NCBI RefSeq assembly: GCF_009914755.1
Contig: NC_060944.1
Source: the human T2T-CHM13v2.0 reference genome, Homo sapiens
Strand: one strand, 5' to 3'
Length of the DNA stretch: 64,000 nucleotides
Part shown: positions 52,330-64,000 of the stretch, piece after piece
Numbering within the stretch: the stretch's first letter is position 1
How the letters are laid out: every line of letters starts with the position of its first letter
Program-made: the position numbers and the translations under genes
The notes under the pieces: generated by a model
What the model was told of the DNA's origin: nothing
Database searches by the model: none
Seen by the model: only the letters and a program-made list of their open reading frames with translations

Positions 52330-53360
52330 CTATATATATATTATATACAAAGTTTAATATATATAACCTACTACATATAGTAATTATCGCCTATAATTAT
52401 ATAGTATACTATTCTATACTAATATAATGTATAAATATGTAATGTATATTACTATATATTCAATTTTATTAATATATGATACATTAATATAATGTATACT
52501 ATCATAATTATACAATAGAATTATATTATTATATAATTATGTAATATAAAAATGCCTATAATTATTATATGTAATTTTTATATATATATTATTCTTCCAG
52601 GTACTTATCCTCATTCTTTTTTATTATATTAAAAAATGATATATAATATATATCATTCATAACACCGTATGATATAGTCATTATATCATCACATGATAGA
52701 GTCATTATATGAATGCTACATATTCATAATATATACTTATATAATTGCATGTATTATGGTATTATATATGTAAGATATGATATATATGATTATATTATAT
52801 ATGATTAATATGTAATATATCATATCAGATAATATACTAATATATAAGGTTATATTCATATATAATTGGTAATATATAATATATATTATATAATATAGAA
52901 TACAAATATATAAAATATATAACTGTATATATCAGATATTAAGTATATATCAGATATATGTTATATATTTATATATTACATATATTAATATGTAATATCT
53001 ATATATTATACTACAAATTAATATAACATTAATTATATCAGATGATATATTATATGTTATATATTATTTTACAATATATAATATATGTCATATTTTATAT
53101 TATTTTACAATATATAATATATGTCATATTTTATATTATTTTACAATATATAATATATGTCATATTATATATTATATAATGACATAATATATGTATTATA
53201 ATAATGTATTATAATAGTATATGTTATATATTAATATATCATATATAACTATATATTAATATACGTTAATTATATCAGATGATATAGATGTTATATATTT
53301 CTATATTATTTCATATTATTTTATAATATATTATATATTAAATATATAAAATAAAATAAC
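52330..53360. repeat. About 1 kb of TA-rich low-complexity DNA with a 36-bp unit x3 (53061-53166)
   Basis: Direct reading; unit atattattttacaatatataatatatgtcatatttt. Confidence 0.95.
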
Positions 53361-53809
53361 AATTCATGACAGAAAAAAAGTACAGGTTTGATCTATAAAG
53401 GCTCAAGCTAAAATATGATTCCAGTCAAATTAGGTCATAGATTGTGGAGAGGATCATTTTGTTTTCTTAAATTATTTGCACAAAGAAAGAATAGGGTGCC
53501 TTAAAATAAAATAAATAAGCAAATAAAAGGAAGCTAGAAAGGAGGTGGGAGAAGAGAGAGAGAGCAAGAGAAAGGAGGAAGTGGGGGAAGGAAGACTAGT
53601 AAGAGAAAAGTAAGCAAAGAAAACAAAATATTGATTTTTCCTGGATTACCAGTTAGATGCAGTTTCTGTAAATTCCAGTATCCAATTCTGAAATGCTCAC
53701 CAGTTTGGAATGATTATTTTGCTGATATTATAAAGATGTATTGCTTCTTCCACTGAGTCACCCTGGTGCCTAAAGCTTACCTCTCCACCCCGATCCTTGC
53801 CCTGAACAA

Positions 53810-54015
53810 AGATTCTCAAACTGTAAACCCAGGACCACCACCAGCACCAGCAGCAGCAGCACCTGAGAACGTGTCAGAAATGCACATTTTTAGTCTCCAT
53901 CTTGCACTTACTGATACAGAAATGGATAGAGTCCTATAGTTTCTTTTAACAAGTGCCATCTCCCCCTCCTGCCCCAGGTGATCTTGATGCTCAGAAAAGT
54001 TTGAGAATCACTCCC
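53810..54015. mobile_element. MER5A
   Basis: 'ttctcaaact...gcagcacctgagaac...agaaatgca...aagtttgagaatcact'. Confidence 0.75.
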
Positions 54016-54223
54016 CTAAATCACCCAGATTCAGGAAACTCTGTCAGGCTGAGAGTGGCCACAGGGCACCGTCATCCATAGGTTGCTACCTGGATTCCAG
54101 AAGCACAAGGTGGAGGAGACATGTCATATGCTGACACGTGGCTGCCAGATCATGTGCCATGGACTTAGTGATTCACAGGCTGCCTCTCACCTAAAGCACA
54201 CCATAAACTTGTGTATTAGAAGC

Positions 54224-54572
54224 TATCTTAGTCCATTTTGTGCTGCTGTAACAGAATACCTGAGACTGGGTAACTTATAATGAGCAGAAATTTAATGACT
54301 CAGTTCTGGACGTTGGAAAGTCCAATATCAAAGTGCTAGAATCTGGCCAAAGCCTTCTTCCTGCATCATCACATGGCAAAATATGGAAGGGAAAGAGTGC
54401 AGAAGAGAGAACCTACTCCCATAAACCCTTTTCATAATGGCATTGATCTATTTATTAGGGAGGAGCCCTCATTATCTAAACACCTTCCATTAGATGCAGT
54501 CTCCCAACACTGTCACACTGGGAATGAAGTTTCCAATACACGAATTCTGGAGGACACATTCAAACCATAGCA
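54224..54572 (-). mobile_element. MSTC/MSTD-type MaLR LTR
   Basis: 'ttagtccattttgtgctgctgtaacagaatacc...acattcaaaccatagca'. Confidence 0.8.
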
Positions 54573-55159
54573 TATGCTATTATCCTCTTTTGATACATAA
54601 AATCACAAAGAATTAGAGAACCTGAAATATAATCTGCCAGCACTTAGCCAAATAAAGTATACACCCATGTACCAAGAGTTTGGCTCCTGGGTGTATAATC
54701 CAAAGAAATTATCACACAGGTCCACAGGAAATCTGTGTAATAATTTTCACTGCAGGAGGTTAGGAATCAATCTGTGTGTCCATCACTGAGAGAGATGAAA
54801 AACAAAATGTGAGGTAAGAAAGAAACATAGAAGGATCTTAAATCCTTAGTGCTGAAAAGGACAAAGGCTCATTCAGAAGAAAGAACCATATTTATCCACC
54901 TATGTTAAAATTACACACACATACATGCACGTGTGCACACGCACACACACTTCACAGTGTATTTACATCATATACAAATGTGCACATGATAAACAATACT
55001 TGCATTAGTTTTGCAAGAACAAATGCAAACAAAGAAATTGAAATTAAATACATTTGAACGGGTGCCTATGGATTGAGTAGGTGAGCTGGAGGGAATTATG
55101 GGGTCAAAATGACAAATGAATGACAAATTAAAATGAAAGAGGAGCCCTGTAAGAAACTG

Positions 55160-55965
55160 TGTAGGGAAAAAACTCTCTAAAACTCCCAAACTATGTTTTT
55201 CCTCTGCTCTCACACTGCAACAACAATCATCAACACAGAAGAAGACTTCTGTGATCAACTGTGTGGGTTTTCTCCCCACCATCAAGCAGCAGACGCCAGC
55301 TGGGTGACCTCCAATTCAATTATGACCCTACCCAGAGATAGTGTCAAGATTCCACAGGTTGAAGGCTCAGTCCCTGAGACTGCCCCACTCCACAGCCACA
55401 AGTAGCAAGTCTAGGCCTCCAGAACTTCTGACCAACCTCCTTCAAGTTGGGGTTTGCACAACTACCTCTTGGAGTTTAATATGCTACAGTGGTTCACAGA
55501 GCTCAGGGAAACACAATACTTAGATTTACAAGTTCCTTACAAAGGATATTACAAAGGATACAGATGAAGAGATGCCTAGGGTGAGGTGTGGGGAACAGGG
55601 AGCAGAGAGCTTCCATGTCCCCCTTACCGGGCGCCACCCTCCAGAAAACCCCACCTGATCAACCATTGGGAACTCTCCAAACCCAGTCCTCTTGGGTTTT
55701 TATGGAAGTTTGATGACATTAGCATTCCTTCCCCTCATAGTATAGGGTGGGACCCTCTCTGGGGAGGATGTTAAGACCCACAATCAGAAAGGTGGGGGGA
55801 GAGTCAAGTCCTGCCTTGAGACAGGTGAAAGAAGAGTGGGGGAAGGTCAGAGGCTGCCCCTGAAGCCTACAACACCCCAACATTGCAACAGAAGACTGTA
55901 ACAGGGCTAAAGGAGTTAGGAGCCAGGAGCCCTGGATGAAAACCTACATATATCATAACACCACA
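55160..55965 (-). mobile_element. MER21-family LTR
   Basis: 'caacacagaagaagacttctgtga', 'aaaggatacagatgaagagatgc', end 'tatcataacaccaca'. Confidence 0.8.
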
Positions 55966-57570
55966 GGACAAATGATAAAGTAATGTGACATCAACTAAGA
56001 AATATGACTAAATCCAAGTTTTTAAATATGAGGAGAGAGAAAGTAAAAGAGAAGAAGAAAAAGAGGAGAAGGAGGAGGAGGAGAGAGATGAAAGAAAAGA
56101 GATGAGAGAGAAAGACACACCACACTTTTCCTAGGTATTCAACTGGTCAGTGACTGCTGGAATTTGAGACCAGCTCTCTGTCAGAATTTGAACACATTAA
56201 CCCATTAAGCATTTTCTTAATGAAGAGCCAAGCTGCTTTCTTTTAAATGTTGCCTTTAATGAAGGATTTATATTATGTTTCTTCAGATACATATTTATTC
56301 ATTTGCTGCATGAATATTTACTGAATTTCTAGTACATCCCAGGCTACACAGGTAAGCCTGGTGCTCACAGTGTAAGAGTCTCCAGGACCTGGCTTTGGAA
56401 TGTTTATTTGGTTGTCTCCTACATTGCCTTTGTATATCAAAAAGGGCAAAGTGCTTAAAACATCCAAAGAACATCTCCTAGTAACCCACATATTCATTGG
56501 ATTCTTCTCTGACAATCAGAATCACAATGAGGGACCTGGGAGGCAATATCTAGCAGAAGCTTCTAGATCACTTAATAAGAACTTCTTAATAAGAACTTCT
56601 CTAGCAAGAAGATTTAGACGCATAAAACAAGAGTTGAATGATCGAGAACAAAAAGTCACACCATCGGCTGTTTTGTGTGCTGCAAGAATATACATGAACT
56701 CATGATACATAACACTTCATTAAATTGCATGCCAAACTTGTCTGGCAGATAACCATTGTGATAGCAACCTATTACTTTTAGATGGCTCTTCACAGTTGAA
56801 AAAATGCTTTCTCCCAGTGTTTCATTTGAACTTCACCATAGGCAAAGCAAGCCTCACGATGCCCATTCTGTATGATCTGAATTTATTTAAATGCAATTAT
56901 TATTTGAATTTTATCTTTTTCATATTCGAAATAAGCATACATAAAACCAAACCAAACAATAAACAAAAACATTTCCTGTTCATCTTATTTTTGTTTACTG
57001 CCCCTCTCTCTGCCTATACAGAATTCTACCATAATTTTTTTTTCACATTGAATAGCCACTCTTTTTCCCTCCACCTAAATTGAATAAAGCTACCAGTGTT
57101 TTAAAACACTGAAAGCAATCATCTTCATTTACTTCCCATTCCCATCAGAGGGTTCTTATTAAGTGATCTAGAAACTTTGCAGTCGGCTTTAGAGAGATTA
57201 GTGGTCCTGATTAACATATCACCAAGACACTCAATTTGGCAGACCAAAAACAGAACATTGGGAACTTCAGTTTGAACTGAAGTTTGTTGGGGAACAATGG
57301 ATGGCTAGTTCATAATTTTCTTCCTTCTTTTTACGTTCATCTCTTTGGGAGACGGCATGGCATTGTGACCTGTTAGGAGGTAATCCTGTTGCAAAATTCT
57401 GCCAGGAGACTAGGGGAACTGCAATGATTCTCCTCTCTCCTGCTAACTTCCTCTGTGACCTGGTAAAGGAAATTTCATTTATGTAAGCTTTTCTAGCCTT
57501 GATTCAGCTGCTCAGCTGCATCAAACCTTGGCTTGCACATTTGTACAGCAAAGATAGAAATAGGACTTAA

Positions 57571-57882
<312 letters not shown>

Positions 57883-58639
57883 CTAGGGTTTTCCTGAGGA
57901 TAAAATGACAAGAGCCGAGTAAAGGACTTAGCACACAGTCAGGCTTTTCAAAAGATTTTATTTTCAGAGTGGCTATTTTCTTTTTAAAACTTTTTTTCCC
58001 AATATTTAAGTTTTAAAGCATTTCCAAATTAAATTACATGTGACAATCAATGTGCTATATTTAACGTGGTGGTGGTGTTCTTCTTTCTCTTGTAAAATAA
58101 ACAGCTCTTTAAATTTAAAGTGTATTTTACAATTAATGATTTATTAAAATCAAGAAAATTTGGTATTTGTTTTATAATGACAAGTTGGGAGTTAAAAAAT
58201 ATTTAAAGTCTGTTTTTCTTCAATGATGTCTTTTATCAACTGTGTTGGATCATTTTATTGTATCTTTTGGAGAGACTAAACCTCAGCAGTGACTTCTACA
58301 TTCATAATTGGTGATCAAATTTGTGAATGGTTTTATTATTTGTTATCTTTGTGCAAAATGATTTGACCTTCCCTTCAGGGAATTTGAACCCAGCTAATAC
58401 AATTACCTTATAAAACCAATCACAATGAAAAAAATCCAGAAAAATACTATGTATTGTTCATGCTTCAAACTGTATGTTCCCAGAAACAAAATGCCCCAAA
58501 AGCAGAACACAAAATCTATAGCAAATTAGTCCATAAAAGTTAAAACATATAAGTAACATGGATTCCAGAGACAAGATGATCGATCTTTTTTTCATATAAA
58601 CAGCAGACTGGGCATTTATGAGTGATAATTTTTGAAGTA

Positions 58640-59345
58640 TCCATAACTTAAAAGACTACCTTGGCTAATTTCCTTTTTCCAAGCACCCCTTAGCTTAGGA
58701 CATGCTGTTTCCCCTGCCTAGAATGTTCCTCCTCAACAGTCCATGCCATTCAGCCTCCTGTTCCTTCCTTTAGGCTCTGTTTCACTTATTCTTTTTTGAG
58801 ACAAGTCTCGCTCTTGTCGCCCAGGCAGGAGTGCAGTGGCGCGATCTCGGCTCACAGCAACCTCCGCCTCCCGGGTTCAAGCAATTCTCTGCCTCAGCCT
58901 CCCGAGTGGCTGAGATTACAGGCACCCACTGGGCTATTTTTTTTTCTTTTTTTTTGCATTTTTAGTAGAGATGGAGTTTCATCATCTTGGCCAGGCTGGT
59001 CTTGAACTCCTGACCTCGTGATCCACCCACCTCAGCCTCCCAAAGTGCTGGGATTACAGGTGTGAGCCACCATGCCCAGCCTCTGTTTCACTTTTCTAAT
59101 CTCAGTTCAGCCCTCCCTCTCTCAGGCAAGCCTGCCTTGACATCCTCTCCCACCCTAGACATCAGATACTTCCACAGCCCCCTTGATGCCCTCACTGACA
59201 CTGATAATGCTTATAATTGCTGACTTTGGTGATCAGTGTCTGTCTCCCCTGGTGGGCTCTGAACCCAAAAGAAAAAAGGTTGGCACATCTGCATTGCAAG
59301 GCACTTGATCTGAGCTCAATGACTATTTCTCGAATCAATACAATG
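58640..59345 (+). mobile_element. L2 3' region, split by an Alu
   Basis: 'catgctgtttcccctgcctagaatg', 'tgtctgtctcccc'. Confidence 0.6.
58792..59081 (-). mobile_element. Alu (AluSc/Y-like, short tail)
   Basis: Antisense dimer; TSD TCTGTTTCACTT. Confidence 0.96.
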
Positions 59346-60117
59346 ACTAAGGCACACTTCTGTTAAGATTGGCACGTAAGGTATGTCCTCCCACCACAAG
59401 TTAACCACCTTTTTTTCTTTCTCTGATGAGTTACCTGCTGTAGACAGACATGTATGCATGCTTGCACACACATGATCACTTCATTAGAGCCACTGCAAAC
59501 CCAGCAAGGATTAACGAGCAAAACTGTGGTCGAAGTGCATATGGGCTGTGGGCTGATGTTACTCGTGATTCACATGACTAGCTTCTCATGCCTGGCCAGC
59601 AGTGTGTGCTCCTCATGTTTCTGCCTCAACAAAATACCAACTGCTCCCCATCCTGGGTCTTTGAGGTGTCTGCGAGCTGTTGAAACTGTGAATGTCAAAG
59701 CTATGAATGCCAAGGATCAACTGTAATTTCAGAATATTTTAAACCACGAGATCTATGACAGGCAGAATGATTGTGCAATTATCTAGGTTAGTTTATGAGA
59801 CAAATAATTATTACTCTGGTATAACTGGGTTTCCATATCATTCTCATTTGAAATCTCTAATGTTATTTAGGATGTCATTTCTCTCCTCTAGAAAGAGTTT
59901 ACATTTTAGTAATATCCACTGAATTAGAGGACAAATAATCAGATCATTTGAACAAAACATCATGCAATGTTAAGTTTTTTTAAAACAACTTTATCAAGTA
60001 TAATTGAAGTAAATAAATTGCATAAATTTAAGTTGTAAAATGTGATCAGTTTTGACATATGCATGTATGTATAAAGCCATTACAATAGTCAAAACAACAA
60101 ATCTTTTTATCACTCCC

Positions 60118-60474
60118 TAATATTGTTTGGCTCTGCATCCCCACACAAATCTCATCTTAATTGTAATCTTCACATGTCAAGGGAGGGACTTGATGGAAGG
60201 TGATTAGATCATGGGGGTGGTTTCCCCGTGCTGTTCTTATAATGAGTGAGTTCTCACAAGATTTGATGGTTTTGTAAGTGGCAGTTTCGCCTGCTCTCGT
60301 CCTTCCTGCCACCTTGTGAAGAAGGATGTGTTTGCTTTCCCTTCCATCATGATTGTAAGTTTCCTGAGGCCTCCCCAGCCATGTGGAATTGTGAGTCAGG
60401 TAAACCCTCTTTCCTTTATAAACTATCCAGTCTCAGGGAAGTTCTTTATAGCAGTGTGAAAATGGACCAATACA
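60118..60474 (+). mobile_element. THE1D-type solo LTR
   Basis: LTR ends; perfect TSD CTCCC. Confidence 0.9.
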
Positions 60475-61344
60475 CTCCCCCAAATTTCTTCACACTCTAT
60501 GATCAGAAATCCTTTCCTCCACCCCATATCCAGTAACGACAGACCTGCTTTCTTCTCTATGGATTAGTTTATATGTTTTAGAACTTTATATAAATAGAAT
60601 ACTACAATGTACCTTCTTTTTGGGTCTGAGATTCTTTCAATTCAGTATAATTATTTTGAGGTCCAGTCATGTTGTAGAAGATATCTATAGCACATTTCTT
60701 TTTATTACTTAATAGTATCCATTGCATGGATATACTGTGACTGTTTTTCATTCTCCTGTTGACAGACATTTGGGTTTGGTTCCAGTTTTTGGCTATTATA
60801 AATACAGCTATGAATATTAGCATGCAAGTTTTGATGTGAACATACATTTTCATTTTTTTTGGTGGGGGGGGGGTAAATACCTAGAAATGGGATTGCTGAG
60901 TTTTATGGTAAATATGTTTAACTTCTTAAAACATTTCCAAACTGACTCCCAAAGTGAATGTACCATTTTATATTCTCATTGGCAGTGTACAAGACTCCCA
61001 GTAGCTCCAGATTTTCTCCACTTGAAATTAATGTTTTTTTGTATGTTTGTTTGCTTCCAATCTAATATAATGTGGGGTATCTCGCTGTGGTTTTAGTTAA
61101 CATTTCCCTACTGACTATTGATTAGCAGCATTGACCATTCATACACATCCTTTTGTCAGGTGTCTGTTCAAATTTTGTGCCCAATTTTTTGAGCTATTGT
61201 GTTGAAATACTTCCATGTTGTAGATATAAGTCATTTGTTGAATATATGATTTGCAAAGGTTTCCTCCCAGTCCAAAGCCTGCCTTTGACTTTCTTCTGGG
61301 TATCTTTCAAAAAGTTTTAATTTTGATGAAATACAATGTTTCAG

Positions 61345-61655
<311 letters not shown>

Positions 61656-62729
61656 ACAGTGTATCAGTTTTTATTATTTTGCACTGTTCATGTTTTATGA
61701 GTTTGTTTTTTGTTTTTAATATGTGTGTCTCTGCTTTCAGTATAATGGGAATGTATTGGCATTTTTCCCCTTTTTCTATGAAGGCTAACATCCTTAGCTA
61801 ACTGCAGCTCTCCTTACATGCAGCAGAAACTGCATCAGGCCCTGAGGCCACAGAGTTACATAGTTCTCAGTCCCTGGCCAGTGTGAGCTAACTATCTTTA
61901 GGCTGCAGTTTCCACAGAAGCTCCCAGAGCAACGTCAGGTCCTCTGACTTGTTAAAATGAAGCACCAAGTGAAACTCAGCCACAGCGTTTTTGCCACTGC
62001 ATTTCCCTAAAGAAAGGTGGAAGAGCCAGTAACTACATTGAAAAGTCATATATAAAGACTTTTCAGCTTGTTATTTCCAAAGAAGTATTTTCAGAGAAAT
62101 CAACTTCTGGCATCTGTTCATAAGGGTAGGTAACTTTCTCGGTGTATCCTTAGGCCTATCACGTTGTAAGTATTCAGCAAATTTTTTTGTTTTTTGCATT
62201 TTCTGATACCAATGTTTTCAAACCAATTGGAAGGTAGAAGTGTTTTGCCAATGTAGAAGTTGTCTCTGGAATACCCGCCAACCCTCTTGAACTCTTAGTC
62301 TGAGATGCAAGCTGCCATAGTTTATCTTCACTGAATGAATTATCCTACTCTAGATAAGTGAAATTTGCATTAGAAAAATGCTCCATGAAAGTTGGCAGAA
62401 ATACCTTCTAGACTTGCCAGCAATTCATCTTTTGTTCTTTTTGCTAAATCCCTGTGGGACCATGTATCTTCCAGCATTGTAATAAAGGAATTTTCGTTTT
62501 TATTTTCAAAAGAAAACAAAGATTAGTATTTGAGCTAGCCCTTCTGTTTTACAGATGAAAATCAAGAATACGTTTCAGGGACACTTTGTTATATAAATAC
62601 TTCAAATCACAAAGACCAGAGGGACTATCGATATCACTCTACATGTAGGTTTTATTATATTGTGTGGGGCTTGATTTATGGGGAAAATGCACCCCCCAAC
62701 ACAAATTTGATTTTTATAAATGGGCTTAT

Positions 62730-63290
62730 AGAGACAAATCTTTCTTACAAAAATAGTCTATTTATTATCTGTAGGTACTTCTACCTCCAGGAAAGCTCCC
62801 GAGGTTTACTCTTCACCCCTCCTATCTTGAAAGGGGGCCATACTTACAGACTCGCTTCCAAAGAATAGAGTATGGAAAGGTAGAAAGAATAACATAACAG
62901 TGGAGAAGCCTAGCAGGCACCAGTTTTACCAAGTGATGAAGATCAACCTCACCAGAGATGTCATCTGGATATAATGTGCCACCTGATGTGATGGGATGAG
63001 AAGGGCACTTCACCCCTGTGGCTTTCTTCCCCAAAATCTATAACCCCAGCCCAATCATAAGCAAAAGATCACACAGGCCCAGATTGGGAACATTCTGCTG
63101 GTTATGAGGCCAGTACTCCTCAAGGCCCTTGAGGTCATGAAAAATAAATTCTGAGAAATTCACAGAACAGAAAGGACAGAGGAGAATATGACATCTAAAT
63201 GCAATGTGATAGCCTGGATTGAATCCTGGAACAGAAATAGGATGTTAATTTTTTTTTAAGTGAAATCTAACTGAAGCCTGGAATTTAGAA
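62730..63290 (+). mobile_element. L1MC1-3-type 3'UTR fragment
   Basis: 'gactcgcttccaaagaatagagtatggaaagg', 'acagtggagaagcct', 'ccagtactcctcaa'. Confidence 0.75.
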
Positions 63291-63744
63291 TTTTGTTTAA
63301 GATGGACTTATAAATAGGAAATTATACCTTTTCTATTAAATAAAACCTTTTTAACTTCTGAGAGATGTGAGGCATGAGACACACTCCACTCCCAAGTCTT
63401 ACCGTGCACACTTTATTTTTACACTGAGCCTACAATAAAAAGATCTTCACACCATCAGAGTGAACATGTCAATTGGAAAATAAAAACACAGAATGGTTTT
63501 CTCCTTTGTTGGAATGCTGACTGCATGTCAGAAACAGGCCTAAAAAGAATTTGCCTTTTGCTTGATAATTGTGAAAAATTATCACAGAACTAGGAACCTG
63601 ATTTTTTTAAAGCCTTATATAAATTCAAGCAAAAAGCAATGTGCTGAGTAATGGTGGATACAAGGCAAAGAGTAAATACAGATCTGCCAGAAGGAGAACA
63701 TCATCAAAATATAGTAAGAGAGATTGGAGGCAGTAAGGCAGGAA

Positions 63745-63970
63745 CTAACGTTTACACTGCTGCCATGTGCTAAACTCTCCGCTCAGCGTTTCCTAATAAG
63801 TGTCTACATTAGTTCTCCAAAAACCAAAAATCAATGCTGTAGATTTCATTAACCCATTTCACAGATTTAAAAACTAGAGTTCAGAGAAATTGAGTAACTT
63901 TCCCAAGATGGGATGTAGTAAACCTGAGATTCAAAGCAGGATTCATATCTCCAGAAATGCATATTGTTTA
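63745..63970 (-). mobile_element. MIR
   Basis: 'cccatttcacagat...agagaaattgagtaactttcccaag...gattcaaa'. Confidence 0.7.
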
Positions 63971-64000
63971 TGAAAATAATATTCCCCAAATGTCATTCTA

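Noticed and set aside
56030-56115. Purine-rich tract (also 53520-53625)
   Set aside because: Ordinary low-complexity GA-rich sequence with no clear long mirror repeat

Overview
This is AT-rich, CpG-poor primate (human-like) genomic DNA, intergenic or intronic, and dominated by transposable elements. I read: 11 Alus, mostly with visible target-site duplications (TSDs); many L1, L2 and MIR fragments; a complete two-LTR THE1A (MaLR) element; more than 15 solo LTRs (MST/THE1D, MLT1, three MER41-family, MER51-, LTR48-, MER31- and MER21-like); and old hAT/mariner DNA-transposon relics. No protein-coding gene is recognisable, and most supplied ORFs are readings of repeats. I see no CRISPR array, rRNA or tRNA, and no demonstrably new biological system. 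The best leads are: (i) a MER41-family LTR that keeps two tandem STAT/GAS motifs; (ii) a possible minus-strand spliced transcript (LTR promoter and donor, an 18-nt micro-exon, and a CpG-retaining terminal exon with AATAAA); (iii) a probable L1 3' transduction inside a multi-layer nest of insertions; (iv) several templated-insertion and inversion scars; (v) non-B-DNA tracts. Repeat subfamily names come from recalled consensus sequences and need RepeatMasker/Dfam confirmation. Boundaries without a TSD are approximate.
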